Assembly (NCBI GenBank): GCA_963790205.1
Contig: CAWBNQ010000005.1
Location: 471,368 to 535,367, forward strand
Origin: Nitrospirota bacterium
GTDB lineage: Bacteria; Nitrospirota; UBA9217
Direction: 5' to 3'
DNA: 64,000 nucleotides
The position numbers and the translations under genes are program-made. The notes under the pieces are model-generated. The model was not told where the DNA came from and ran no database searches. It worked only from the letters and a program-made list of their open reading frames with translations. Below are positions 10,675-20,201 of the stretch, piece by piece. Each line of letters opens with the position of its first letter. Position 1 is the stretch's first letter.

Positions 10675-10789
10675 GGCTTTGTACCTTCAGTAGTAATGAT
10701 TTGGAGCAAGGCAACCGTGTTGCCGTTTGGACCACAAGGAACCATGTTCCCGCTCAGAGTCACGCCGACATGGTCGGCTCGGTCCACGT

Positions 10790-11374
10790 TTACAACGTGA
10801 TCATACCAGAGAAGCCCAGAAACGCCAGGGCGATCAGGCCGGTCAACACGAAGGAGATCGGCAGCCCCTGGAAAGACTTGGGAACGTCTGCAAGCTCCAG
10901 CTTCTCCCTGATGCTCGCCATGATGATGAGCGCCAGGCTGAAACCGAGGCCCGACCCAAGCGCCATGGCCATGCTTTCGAATAAGGTGTAATTTTCATCG
11001 GCGTTGAGAAGCGGCACGGCCAGGATGACGCAGTTCGTAACAATCAGCGCAAGGTAGATGCCCAGCTTGTAGTACAATGCCGGCACGACTTTCTTCATGA
11101 TCGTGTCGGCAGCCTGCACGAATGCGGCGATCACGCCGATGAAAATAACGATCTTTAAGAATTCGAGATGATAGGGAATCATGACATAATTATAGATGAC
11201 CCAGTTGAGGGCCGATTCTACGAGCATGACGGCCGTGAATGTGAAACTCATCCCGATTGCCGTCTCCATCCTCTTGGTGACGCCGAAAAAGATGCAAAGG
11301 CCCAAATAGCGCGTAAAAACAAAATTATTGATAAGTGCCGATGCGATAAATATGGTGAGAACGTGCTGCAACAT
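10790..11374 (-). CDS. rnfA: Rnf complex subunit A
   Basis: NNFVFTRYLGLC, LGIYLALIVTNC; GGAGG RBS before ATG 11374. Confidence 0.93.
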   Translation of the reverse strand: MLQHVLTIFIASALINNFVFTRYLGLCIFFGVTKRMETAIGMSFTFTAVMLVESALNWVIYNYVMIPYHLEFLKIVIFIGVIAAFVQAADTIMKKVVPALYYKLGIYLALIVTNCVILAVPLLNADENYTLFESMAMALGSGLGFSLALIIMASIREKLELADVPKSFQGLPISFVLTGLIALAFLGFSGMITL

Positions 11375-11443
11375 AAGAACCTCCGGATACCTCAATGCGG
11401 AATTAAAACAATTCCGAAATATGCAATCTACAATCCGAAATTT

Positions 11444-12076
11444 TTAATGATGTCCGCCGCCGCCCCCGCCCGTTCCGCCGAAGAATTTACGGTCCATCCA
11501 GTTGAGCCCGCCCATCATGAGCCCCATGGCGAAGAAGCCGCCCGTCGGCATGATCGCGATGAGAAGCGGCTTTCCGGGCAGGATCTGGGCGCCCCACAGC
11601 GAGCCTTTACCCAGGAATTCCCTGAACACTCCCAGTAACATCAGGGCAAGGAGAAAACCGACGCCCATTCCAACGCCGTCAACGAAGGATGGAATGAGCT
11701 TGTTCTTGCTTGCGAACATCTCGGCCCGGGAAAGAATGATGGCAAAAGCGACGATCAACATGATGTAAAGACCCATGTCCTTGTACACCGCCCGCTCGTT
11801 CGCCGACATCCACAGATCTATCACCGTAACCCAGGTCGCGGTGATGAACACGTAGGAAGGAATGCGGACTTTCGGATTTATGAAGTTCCTCAACAGAGAA
11901 ACCGTAACGTTCGTCATGGTCATGACGAAGAGAACGGCGACACCCATCAGGAAGCCGTTTTTCACGCCGGAGGTCACCGCAACGGCGGGGCAGAGCGAAA
12001 GCGCGAGCCGGAAAACCGGATTCTCGCCGAACACGCCATTCTTGAAGAGCGTACCCAAGCTTACGTTATTGCTCAC
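11444..12076 (-). CDS. rnfE: Rnf complex subunit E
   Basis: ENPVFRLALSLCPAVAVT, VRIP, REFLG, PTGGF. Confidence 0.92.
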   Translation of the reverse strand: MSNNVSLGTLFKNGVFGENPVFRLALSLCPAVAVTSGVKNGFLMGVAVLFVMTMTNVTVSLLRNFINPKVRIPSYVFITATWVTVIDLWMSANERAVYKDMGLYIMLIVAFAIILSRAEMFASKNKLIPSFVDGVGMGVGFLLALMLLGVFREFLGKGSLWGAQILPGKPLLIAIMPTGGFFAMGLMMGGLNWMDRKFFGGTGGGGGGHH

Positions 12077-12666
12077 TTCGCCACCCCCTGTGCAACAGCG
12101 GTCTTGATGCCTGCGCCGTACTTGTCAACGAGCAGCTGCACGGCGTCCTTCACTCCGTTCGTCACGCCGCGGCTCGAATACGTGGCCCCGGACACGGCCT
12201 GGATGTTTTCCTTGGTCTCGCCCTTGATAAGAACGATCTGCGGAAGCGACTTGCCTTTGAACTGGTCGAGAAAGCTTTTTTCCAGGACCTGGTCGCCCAG
12301 GCCGGGCGTCTCGTTCATATCAAGAACCTTGACATCGCTGATTTTCATGTCGGGACCGAGCGCGACAAGCATCTTGATATAGCTCGAATATCCTTTCCCC
12401 GTTGTTTCTGCGATATCGGCTATCGGGATCCCGCCGGCAGTCGCCTGGTAATATTCATGTTCTTTGTTGTCGGCTGCTTTCCACGTGCCGGCCGGTTTGA
12501 TGGGATCGGTTGCCGTTGGCGCCATCTCCTTCAGCGCCTCTTCCTTTTCCTTCTTTTCCGCCTGGACCCGGATGGGGTGGGTATATTGATAGGTCACGGC
12601 CATGATGACACCTGCCACGACGAAAATTACCACCAGAGGAAGCGTTATCTTTATTATATCCTTCAT
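12073..12666 (-). CDS. rnfG: Rnf complex subunit G
   Basis: ETPGLG and SGATYSS FMN-attachment motif. Confidence 0.93.
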   Translation of the reverse strand: MKDIIKITLPLVVIFVVAGVIMAVTYQYTHPIRVQAEKKEKEEALKEMAPTATDPIKPAGTWKAADNKEHEYYQATAGGIPIADIAETTGKGYSSYIKMLVALGPDMKISDVKVLDMNETPGLGDQVLEKSFLDQFKGKSLPQIVLIKGETKENIQAVSGATYSSRGVTNGVKDAVQLLVDKYGAGIKTAVAQGVAK

Positions 12667-13694
12667 TTCTTCACCGCCTTTGCCTCGGCTTTGCCGAACA
12701 CAGGGCTTTTCATTCCCCGGTCAAGAAGCGGGGCGAAGCAGTTCATGAGGAGAATGGCGAACATCACGCCCTCGGGGTAGCCGCCTTTTAAGCGGATCAA
12801 CGTCGTCAGGATGCCCGCGCAGACGCCGAATACGACCTGGGCGCTCCTCACCGAGGGTCCGGTGACGTAATCGGTCGCCATGTAGAACGCGCCGAGAATG
12901 AGGCCGCCCGACATCATGTGAAGGATCGGGTCGCCGGTCATGAGACCCTCTTTGCCGCCGAAGATCCAGGTGAGGATGCCGACCGTTGCGATGAACGAGA
13001 TGGGAATGTGCCAGGTGATGTACCGTTTCAGCATCAGGAACGTCGCGCCCAGAAGGAGCGCGATGACGGACGTTTCACCGAGAGAGCCGGCGCGGTTCCC
13101 GAGGAACAGGTCCCGGTACAGGGCCCCCTGGCTATGGTACACTTCAAGGAGCTTCGACATCCCTTCTTCCTTCAGGAGGACGAGCGGCGTGGCCGTGGTC
13201 TTGGCATCAATCGCCATGAACGAGGTCACCGGCGCAACAAAGGTGGTCATGATCTTGGCGAAGCTGACCAGGACGAACGCCCTGCCGATGAGGGCAGGAT
13301 TGAAGATATTGAAGCCCAGCCCTCCGAAGAGCTGCTTGGCGATGACAACGGCCACGACGGACGCGACAGCAGGGATGTACAGCGGCGCATTGGCCGGGAG
13401 GTTCATGGCAAGGAGCAGTCCTGTCAGAAACGCGCTGCCGTCGGAGAGGGTAATGGGTTTTTTCAGCATCCATTGTACGAGCGCCTCGGATGCAAGGGAC
13501 GTCGCAAGGCAGACGAGAATGACCATGATAGCCGGCATGCCGAAATAATACACCGACATGAGCGTTGCCGGCAAAAGCGCTCCGCTCACGGTCCACATGA
13601 TCTTGGCCGTGCTCTCCACGTCGTGCATGTGGGGCCCGATCGAAACAATCAGTTTCGGCGGTTCTTTTGGCTGTGCCTGTACGGATGCTTCCAT
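12663..13694 (-). CDS. rnfD: Rnf complex subunit D
   Basis: KQLFGGLGFNIFNPAL, TATPL FMN site, GSLGETS, MATDYVT, GGYPEG. Confidence 0.95.
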   Translation of the reverse strand: MEASVQAQPKEPPKLIVSIGPHMHDVESTAKIMWTVSGALLPATLMSVYYFGMPAIMVILVCLATSLASEALVQWMLKKPITLSDGSAFLTGLLLAMNLPANAPLYIPAVASVVAVVIAKQLFGGLGFNIFNPALIGRAFVLVSFAKIMTTFVAPVTSFMAIDAKTTATPLVLLKEEGMSKLLEVYHSQGALYRDLFLGNRAGSLGETSVIALLLGATFLMLKRYITWHIPISFIATVGILTWIFGGKEGLMTGDPILHMMSGGLILGAFYMATDYVTGPSVRSAQVVFGVCAGILTTLIRLKGGYPEGVMFAILLMNCFAPLLDRGMKSPVFGKAEAKAVKK

Positions 13695-13782
13695 TCGTTT
13701 ATCCCTCGATATTCAGATGTCAGATGTAGGATGTCAGACGTTCAGAATTTGTTCTACTCAGTCTGAACTTTGTACTTTGAAC

Positions 13783-15117
13783 TTAATTCTTTTTCTTCGC
13801 CAGCTCTTTCTTCGCTTTTTTCACCCATTGAACCATGGGGCGGTTCGCCGGGCAGACGAAGGTGCAGGAGCCGCACTCAAAACAGTCCATCAGATTATAC
13901 GCCTTGGCGTCTTCGTAATGGCCCTTCTCGATGTACAGCCCAATATAGGAAGGCTGAAGCTTCATGGGGCATGCATCGATGCATCTGCCGCACCGGATGC
14001 AGGGCCCATAAGGCTTGGTGCTCACCTCGTTCTTCGGCAGGACGGTGATACCTGAAGTGCCTTTGATGACCGGCACGTCAAGCGTGTACTGGCTCATGCC
14101 CATCATGGGCCCGCCGGCGATCACCTTGGCTGCCGCATCGGTGAGTCCGCCCGCTTCGTCGATGAGCTGGGAAAAGGGTGTCCCGATCCTGGCTACAAAG
14201 TTCTTCGGCTCCTTGACGCCCCTGCCGGTCACCGTGACATAGCGCTCGATAAGAGGCCTGCCGTAGCGGACCGCAGTAGAGATCGCTTCAGCCGTACCCA
14301 CGTTCTGGACGACCACACCTACATCCATGGGCAGGGAACCCGCAGGTACGGTCCTGTTGGCAATGGCTTTAATAAGCATTTTTTCCGCGCCCTGCGGGTA
14401 CTTCACCTTGACCGGCCATACTTTGATTTCCGGGGACCCGGCCGCCGCCTTGGTCATGGTTTCAATGGCGTCGGGCTTGTTGTTTTCTATACCGATATAG
14501 CCCTTCTGGACACCGAGGATCCTCATGAGAATTTTGAGGCCTTCAATGATTTCTTTCGGCCGCTCAAGCATGAGCCGATGGTCCGAAGTCAGGTAGGGCT
14601 CACATTCGGCGCCGTTCAGGATCACGACGTCGATCGGCTTTTCTTTGGGTGGAGCGAGCTTCACGTGCGTGGGGAACGTGGCCCCGCCCATGCCGACTAT
14701 GCCGGCATCCTGCACGATCTTCTTGAGTTCATCGGGACTCAACAGATTGTAATCGGTATTTTCCTTCAGCCCTGCGATCCACTCGTCTTTGCCGTCGCTT
14801 TCGATCACGACAGCCGGAACATTTATGCCGAGCGAGTGCGGGAAACTCCCCAGAGCGGTCACCTTGCCGGATATTGAGGCATGGACCGGAGCGGAAACAA
14901 AACCGGTGGTTTCACCGATCTTTTCTCCTTTTTTAACTTCCTGCCCTATGACGACGAGCGGCTTGGTAGGTGCTCCGATGTGTTGGCTTAAGGGGATGAC
15001 GGCTCTCTTGGGGATTGCTGCGGGGACGGTCGGTTTGTGTGCTGAGAGATGTTTGTTACCAGCGGGATGCACACCCCCGCTGAACGTATCGTGTGCCTTT
15101 ATCGTTGTGGCTTCCAT
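13783..15117 (-). CDS. rnfC: Rnf complex subunit C
   Basis: GGVHP, GIVGMGGATFPTHVK, NGAECEPYLTSD, two C-terminal 4Fe-4S motifs. Confidence 0.96.
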   Translation of the reverse strand: MEATTIKAHDTFSGGVHPAGNKHLSAHKPTVPAAIPKRAVIPLSQHIGAPTKPLVVIGQEVKKGEKIGETTGFVSAPVHASISGKVTALGSFPHSLGINVPAVVIESDGKDEWIAGLKENTDYNLLSPDELKKIVQDAGIVGMGGATFPTHVKLAPPKEKPIDVVILNGAECEPYLTSDHRLMLERPKEIIEGLKILMRILGVQKGYIGIENNKPDAIETMTKAAAGSPEIKVWPVKVKYPQGAEKMLIKAIANRTVPAGSLPMDVGVVVQNVGTAEAISTAVRYGRPLIERYVTVTGRGVKEPKNFVARIGTPFSQLIDEAGGLTDAAAKVIAGGPMMGMSQYTLDVPVIKGTSGITVLPKNEVSTKPYGPCIRCGRCIDACPMKLQPSYIGLYIEKGHYEDAKAYNLMDCFECGSCTFVCPANRPMVQWVKKAKKELAKKKN

Positions 15118-15184
15118 TCTGTCTCACCTGCCATAGGTTATAAACATCGTAATTATAACTTGAGAATTTCTAAAAGCCGCTGAG

Positions 15185-15213
15185 TTTATAGCAGAATGAA
15201 GCGGAAGTGTCAA
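15185..15213 (-). promoter_or_regulatory. Near-consensus sigma70 promoter of the rnf operon
   Basis: Minus strand TTGACA (15213-15208), 17 bp, TATAAA (15190-15185) with extended -10 TG. Confidence 0.7.
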
Positions 15214-15339
15214 GCAATTTTTTGTTAACTACTCTGCGCGCACCATCCTTGCGGATACAATGATAAACGACCGGGAAGATCATCAGCGTATCAGCGTCAA
15301 CACCCTGATTATTCTTTGCCTGCTCGTGGTATAGTGCAG

Positions 15340-15384
15340 AAAGGGGGGGGAGAAGCGATGATACATCGCTTCTCCCCCCCCCTT
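15340..15384. terminator. Long perfect hairpin downstream of nfu
   Basis: AAGGGGGGGGAGAAGCGAT-gatac-ATCGCTTCTCCCCCCCCTT. Confidence 0.7.
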
Positions 15385-15455
15385 CATTCATTGAGGATTG
15401 TTATGTTCGGGCCGGGGGGAAAAGGTTGCTGTTTCTGAATTGCGAATTGTCCGGC

Positions 15456-15680
15456 TTATGCCACTTGGACCACTTCCTTGACATCGGGGACTTCTTGTTT
15501 CAGCATTTTCTCAACACCCATCTTGAGTGTCATCGTGGACATGGGGCAGGACCCGCAGGCGCCTTTGAGCCTGACTTTCACAACCCCGTTCTCTTCGACG
15601 CTCACCAGCTCGATATCGCCGCCATCCCTCTGGAGTGCGGGCCGTACTTTTTTGAGCGCTTCGATAACTTGTTCTTTCAT
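15456..15680 (-). CDS. NifU/NfuA C-terminal-domain Fe-S carrier protein
   Basis: [15 protein letters not shown] and [14 protein letters not shown]. Confidence 0.93.
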   Translation of the reverse strand: MKEQVIEALKKVRPALQRDGGDIELVSVEENGVVKVRLKGACGSCPMSTMTLKMGVEKMLKQEVPDVKEVVQVA

Positions 15681-15758
15681 GTCGTTTTCTCCTTGGCTTG
15701 CAGGGAAATTTTAATGTTTTTATTATACATCTTTTTACCCCTCTTTAATAGTTTTTTC

Positions 15759-15774
15759 TATGACCTGAATCATA
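15759..15774. promoter_or_regulatory. Crp/Fnr-family operator TATGA-N6-TCATA upstream of nfu
   Basis: TATGAcctgaaTCATA; same half-sites as at 39142 and 39177. Confidence 0.65.
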
Positions 15775-15873
15775 TGCGCATAAAACCCGAACGCCAATTT
15801 TCATTGACTTGCTCGGCGTCTTTTGATATGTATAGGGACGACATCCACACAAAAATGTACCAATAATTACCGA

Positions 15874-16248
15874 ATGGCCAATATTTTTATAATAGGTATG
15901 GGGGGGTTCATCGGGGCCGTTACCCGATACGGCGTTGCGGTCTGGATCGGCCAGCGGTGGGGCCGGAGCTTTCCCCTCGGCACGTTCCTCATTAACGTGA
16001 GCGGCAGTTTTCTCATCGGTTTGCTTATGACCCTTTTCACAGAACGATTCATGGTGAACCCGCAGTGGAGGCTGCTGCTCGTCGTAGGTTTCCTCGGAGC
16101 CTACACCACGTTTTCAACCTTTGAGTATGAAACCGGCGCACTCTTGAAGGACAGCGAATGGCTGATCGCGGGAGTGAACGTCGTGTGCAGCGTCATCGGC
16201 GGATTTATCGCACTCAAGCTCGGCGAAGTTATCGCAAAAAGCATCTAG
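15874..16248 (+). CDS. crcB: Fluoride channel Fluc/CrcB
   Basis: GGFIGAVTRY, FPLGTFLINVSGSF, GFLGAYTTFSTF. Confidence 0.95.
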   Translation: MANIFIIGMGGFIGAVTRYGVAVWIGQRWGRSFPLGTFLINVSGSFLIGLLMTLFTERFMVNPQWRLLLVVGFLGAYTTFSTFEYETGALLKDSEWLIAGVNVVCSVIGGFIALKLGEVIAKSI

Positions 16249-16258
16249 AGGAGACGAT

Positions 16259-16598
16259 ATGGTCAAGAGCGGACCCGCAAAAAAACTTACCATCTATGTG
16301 GACGAGGCGGACAAGTTCCACGGCAAGCCGGTCTATGAAGTGCTTCTGGACATCTTCTTTAAAAGGAAGATCGCCGGCGCGAGCGTGTTTCGCGGCATCG
16401 AGGGCTACGGGAGCGACGGCGTCTTTCACTACGGCGAAGATCCTCGAGCTGTCCACGACCCTGCCGGTCAAGATCGAAGTGGTGGACTCTGAAGAGATGA
16501 TCAACGACGTTCTGGATGACGTCGTCTCGATCGTTGAACAAGGGCTCATCGAAGTGAGCGATACAAACGTCGTCAAGTGCTGTGTGAGGAAGAAGTAA
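16259..16598 (+). pseudogene. DUF190 (PII-like) protein with a +1 frameshift near 16430 (probably an assembly error)
   Basis: Frame 1 gives KKLTIYVDEADKFHGKPVYE...GASVFRGIEGYG; the next frame continues TAKILELSTTLPVKIEVVD. DUF190 is a usual crcB neighbour. Confidence 0.85.
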
Positions 16599-16623
16599 GA
16601 CCTCGCCTTGTTCCTTTTGCTGC

Positions 16624-17241
16624 ATGACGGATACTATGACTATTCAGTCTCTGGATGCGCAACTCCTGCTCTTCGTCAATCACAACATCGCTAATCCCAT
16701 TTTCGACGTCCTGATGCCCGCGCTCACCCTACGCGGGTATCTCCTCGTCATCCCTTTTCTCCTTGCCATGTTCCTGCGCGGCGCGAAGCAAAAGAACGAC
16801 CGGGGCAAAACATATCTTGCCGCGGCAATCTGGACATTCTTGATCGCCTGCTGTGCCGTGTATCTGGCGGGATTCGTGGAGGACTGGATGAAAGACGCGG
16901 TAGCGCGCGTGAGGCCGTGTCGCGCGCTGGAAGGAATCAGGCTCATCCTCCCCTGCCCGAAATCATTTTCCATGCCTTCGGGCCATGCGATCAGCTCGTT
17001 CGCATTCGCCGTGCCGATCTTTTATCTGACCCGGCAATATATTGCCCGAGCCTGGCGACTGTATCCGCTGGTTCTTGCGTCGATGGTTGCTTTTTCAAGG
17101 ATCTATCTGGGGGTCCACTATCCTACGGACGTGCTTGTCGGTGCGGCTCTGGGGGGAGGGATCGGTCTCTGCCTGTCCGTTCTCTACCAGGTGATCGCTA
17201 CAGAAGAGTTCATGAACGAAAGAAAATCAATAGATAATTGA
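16624..17241 (+). CDS. PAP2-family membrane phosphatase
   Basis: KDAVARVRP, SMPSGHA, SRIYLGVHYPTDV motifs. Confidence 0.92.
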   Translation: MTDTMTIQSLDAQLLLFVNHNIANPIFDVLMPALTLRGYLLVIPFLLAMFLRGAKQKNDRGKTYLAAAIWTFLIACCAVYLAGFVEDWMKDAVARVRPCRALEGIRLILPCPKSFSMPSGHAISSFAFAVPIFYLTRQYIARAWRLYPLVLASMVAFSRIYLGVHYPTDVLVGAALGGGIGLCLSVLYQVIATEEFMNERKSIDN

Positions 17242-17303
17242 ATCCCTTCCTCACTTCTGGTCCCTGCTGCACCCATTCCGCAATCCGAATTCCGAATTCG
17301 AAA

Positions 17304-17948
17304 CTATTCCTTCCACCCGTGGTTGCCGATGAGAGGGACGAATACACAGGGGATGCTTTTCTGTGTTACGGTTCCTTCCGCGGTCTTGACCAGCTTCAGG
17401 AGTGACTGCCCGAACCGCTCTCCAACGGGGATCACCATCCTGCCGCCTTCTTTCAACTGCTCCACGAGCATCGCCGGTATCTCGGGCGCACCGGCAGTGA
17501 CCATGATGGCGTCAAAAGGCGCCATTTCCTTCCATCCGTAGGTGCCGTCGTAAACCTTGATCGCCACGTTCTGGTATCCCAACCGGTCAAGCGTGGCCCT
17601 GGCCTTTTCCGCGATGGTTTTGATGCGTTCCACGGTATAAACCTTGCTGCACAGCTCGGCGAGGACAGCCGCCTGGTAGCCCGACCCTGTGCCGATCTCG
17701 AGCACACGCTCAGTACCGGTGAGGCCGAGGAGTTCGCTCATAATCGCCACCATATAAGGCTGGGACATGGTCTGGCCCTCGCCGATGGGAAGGGCGTTAT
17801 CGGCATAGGCCATACCGCGGATGGCCTCGGGCAGGAACTCATGGCGCGGTACTCGACGCATGGCGGCGAGAACGCGTTCGTCTTTGATGCCGCGGCCGAC
17901 GATCTGATCGTCCACCATGCGGCGGCGCTCCTTCTCCTCGTTCGTCAC
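17304..17948 (-). CDS. pcm: Protein-L-isoaspartate O-methyltransferase
   Basis: VPRHEF, GQTMSQPYMVA, VLEIGTGSGYQAA; adjacent to surE. Confidence 0.96.
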   Translation of the reverse strand: MTNEEKERRRMVDDQIVGRGIKDERVLAAMRRVPRHEFLPEAIRGMAYADNALPIGEGQTMSQPYMVAIMSELLGLTGTERVLEIGTGSGYQAAVLAELCSKVYTVERIKTIAEKARATLDRLGYQNVAIKVYDGTYGWKEMAPFDAIMVTAGAPEIPAMLVEQLKEGGRMVIPVGERFGQSLLKLVKTAEGTVTQKSIPCVFVPLIGNHGWKE

Positions 17949-18715
17949 TCCCCGCGTACCGTCGATAGCACGTAGGACATATTTTCAAGCGGTTTCAGTC
18001 TGTCGAAGGATGAATAATCGGTAAAATCGAGATGGAGGGGCGTGACGGAGATCATCTTGCGGTCAACGGCATCGAGGTCCGTCCCCTCTTCCCGCTCCCA
18101 GTCCGGTTCTCCCCCGCCGATCCAGTAGTATTTCTTGCCGCGCGGGTCGACGCGCTCCACCGTCATCTGATGGTAAATGCGTTTGCCCAGTCGGGTGATG
18201 CGCGTTCCCTGGATCTCTGAGAGCGGAACATTCGGGACATTGACATTCAGGAGCGTACCTGCAGGTATTCCTAGTTCGAAGATCTGAACGGCCGTACGGA
18301 AGGCCACTTCGGCAGCTTCGGCAAATTTGAAATTCTCACGCGCCGCGAGCGAAACAGCGAAGGACGAAATGCCGAGCAATATGCCCTCGATGGCGCCGGC
18401 AACAGTCCCTGAATAGGTTACGTCGTCCCCCAGGTTCGGCCCCTTGTTGATGCCCGAAACCACGAGTTTCGGCACCTCTTTGAGCAGCCCCTTCACCGCG
18501 ATGTTCACGCAGTCCGTGGGCGTACCGTTGACACTGTATACGGATTCTTTTATTTCCTCGATGAGGAGCGGCCGGTGCAGGGTCATGGAATGGCCTGCCG
18601 CGCTCCGCTCGCGGTCAGGGGCCACAATCACGACCTCATCGAGTTCGCGAAGCCGCCTGGCTAGTATTTGAATACCGGGGGAATAGACCCCGTCGTCATT
18701 GGTTACGAGAATCAT
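17945..18715 (-). CDS. surE: 5'/3'-nucleotidase SurE
   Basis: ILVTNDDG, GTPTDCV, SGINKGPNLG, YSGTVAGA. Confidence 0.96.
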   Translation of the reverse strand: MILVTNDDGVYSPGIQILARRLRELDEVVIVAPDRERSAAGHSMTLHRPLLIEEIKESVYSVNGTPTDCVNIAVKGLLKEVPKLVVSGINKGPNLGDDVTYSGTVAGAIEGILLGISSFAVSLAARENFKFAEAAEVAFRTAVQIFELGIPAGTLLNVNVPNVPLSEIQGTRITRLGKRIYHQMTVERVDPRGKKYYWIGGGEPDWEREEGTDLDAVDRKMISVTPLHLDFTDYSSFDRLKPLENMSYVLSTVRGE

Positions 18716-18762
18716 ACAGAATATACCGTTCAAACCCTAAAAAATACCGTCACGGGCGGTCT

Positions 18763-19614
18763 CTACTTTTTCTTTTTCAGCTCGGTACCGATTGCCTGAT
18801 CAAGTTCCTGAAGACTACGAAGTTGAACAAGTTTCCCATTCACGAACACCGTGGGTGTACCGGGAACCCCTGCCTGGCTGCCTTCATTCATGTCTCTGTA
18901 GATGATGCTTTGCAGTGCCGGATCGTTCATGTCGCGGTTGAACGTCTCCATGTTCAGTTTTAGTTCCCGTGCGATTTCCTGGATTTTTTCGTCGCTGAGA
19001 CTGTTCTGCTCCTCGAATAGTTTATGATGAAACTCGCGGAATTTCCCCTGTCGGGCTGCCGCCAAGGCGGCCGTTGCGGCCTTGCGGGCATACGGATGCA
19101 TGGGGAGCGGGAAATTCTTGAACACCAGCTTTACATCCTTTTTGTATTTTTCCAGCAACTGCTGGAGGGGCGGCTCAAGCCGCGCACAGTATGGTCATTG
19201 GTAATCGCTGAATACCACAAGCGTGACCGGCGCGTTCTTCGGGCCTTCGAACGGCAATCCTTCCAAAGAAAAATGCTGGACAGTTTCCAATTGAATGATC
19301 TTCAGGGTCTTTTCCGCGCTGCTTGATACAAGCAGTGTGTTGTCCGGCGCGGAATAGGTCAGCCGGTCGAAGGTCTTATCAACAGGGATCCGGCTCATCA
19401 CCTTGTCATCAGCGATGGAATAGACGAGGATTTCTCCGGACGTGAGAACGTATATCCATTTGCCGTCTGCCGATGGCGCAACATCAGTCGGCGCTGCTTC
19501 AAGCTTCAGCTGTTTTTTGACGGTCCACTCTATTTCGGCAAAAACAGAGTGCGGTGTAAAAAACGTGATTGAAAACAGAGCCAAAAGTATCCCTGCAAGC
19601 GTTCCTCTTCTCAT
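18763..19614 (-). CDS. Exported DsbA/thioredoxin-fold selenoprotein (UxxC) with N-terminal beta-propeller-like repeats; UGA at 19195-19197 read as Sec
   Basis: The two track ORFs are in the same frame and join as ...VVFSDYQ-TGA-PYCARLEPPLQQLLEKY...KNFPL...GTPTVFVNG. TGA occupies the first Cys of the CPYC site. Confidence 0.88.
19170..19183 (-). promoter_or_regulatory. Putative bacterial SECIS hairpin
   Basis: mRNA GCGGC-UUGA-GCCGC starting 11 nt after the UGA. Confidence 0.7.
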
Positions 19615-19658
19615 GAGACGTGTCTCCTTATCATGAAGTTATTCTTTTCTGGATATTC

Positions 19659-19690
19659 CAAAAAAAAGGCCCGGAGGGTGTCCGGGCCTT
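19659..19690 (-). terminator. Intrinsic terminator after tRNA-Pro
   Basis: A-tract plus AAGGCCCGGA-gggtg-TCCGGGCCTT. Confidence 0.8.
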
Positions 19691-19698
19691 GTGAAAAA

Positions 19699-19775
19699 TG
19701 GTCGGGGCGAGCCGATTTGAACGGCCGACCACTCGCACCCCAAGCGAGTACGCTACCAGACTGCGCCACGCCCCG
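19699..19775 (-). tRNA. tRNA-Pro(GGG)
   Basis: CGGGGCGTGGCGCAGTCTGGTAGCG...CTCGC-TTGGGGT-GCGAG...GTTCAAATC...CGCCCCGACCA; 77 nt with encoded CCA. Confidence 0.97.
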
Positions 19776-19874
19776 ATGTGTAACTATAGAATGATGAGAA
19801 TACATTGAAGATGGGATGTTGAGATAAAAACAATCCGCATCCTTTTCATCTTCCTCTATTCCCGGCTTCGTACG

Positions 19875-20201
19875 CTACTTCAGTATCTCCAGTATTTCCC
19901 TCAGCTCCTTCTTGGCCGACTCTATGACGGCCTCGACATCCTCTTCACCCTTTCCGTTCAGTTTCTTTCGTGCCCCGGAGATCGTATATCCTTCTTTATA
20001 AAGCAGACTTTTTATCCGGAGGATATGGTCTAAGTCTTTTTTTTTGTAAAGGCGCTGCCCTGACCTGCCCTTGTCCGGCCTGAGCTGCGGGAATTCGGTT
20101 TCCCAATAGCGGAGCACATAAGGCTCCAACTCCGTAAGCCGGCTTATTTCACCGATCCGATAAAAAAGCTTACTCAGTGGCTGTGGGGGTTTCAATGACA
20201 T
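19875..20201 (-). CDS. MerR-family HTH regulator (ihfA-associated)
   Basis: YRIGEIS...PYVLRYWETEFPQL...GQRLY...EGYTISGA; conserved ihfA-merR-tRNA-Pro arrangement. Confidence 0.92.
   Translation of the reverse strand: MSLKPPQPLSKLFYRIGEISRLTELEPYVLRYWETEFPQLRPDKGRSGQRLYKKKDLDHILRIKSLLYKEGYTISGARKKLNGKGEEDVEAVIESAKKELREILEILK

Noticed and set aside
15780..15873. Fluoride riboswitch upstream of crcB
   Set aside because: No GGxGATGG...GCTxATGAC pattern; only a TTGACT-17-TATGTA promoter-like sequence.
19195..19197. Nonsense mutation or pseudogene reading of the DsbA TGA
   Set aside because: The stop falls exactly on the catalytic Cys and is followed by a correctly spaced hairpin; the rest of the gene is intact.
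19699..19775. tRNA-Pro as an island integration site
   Set aside because: No duplicated tRNA 3' end or integrase seen in the window.
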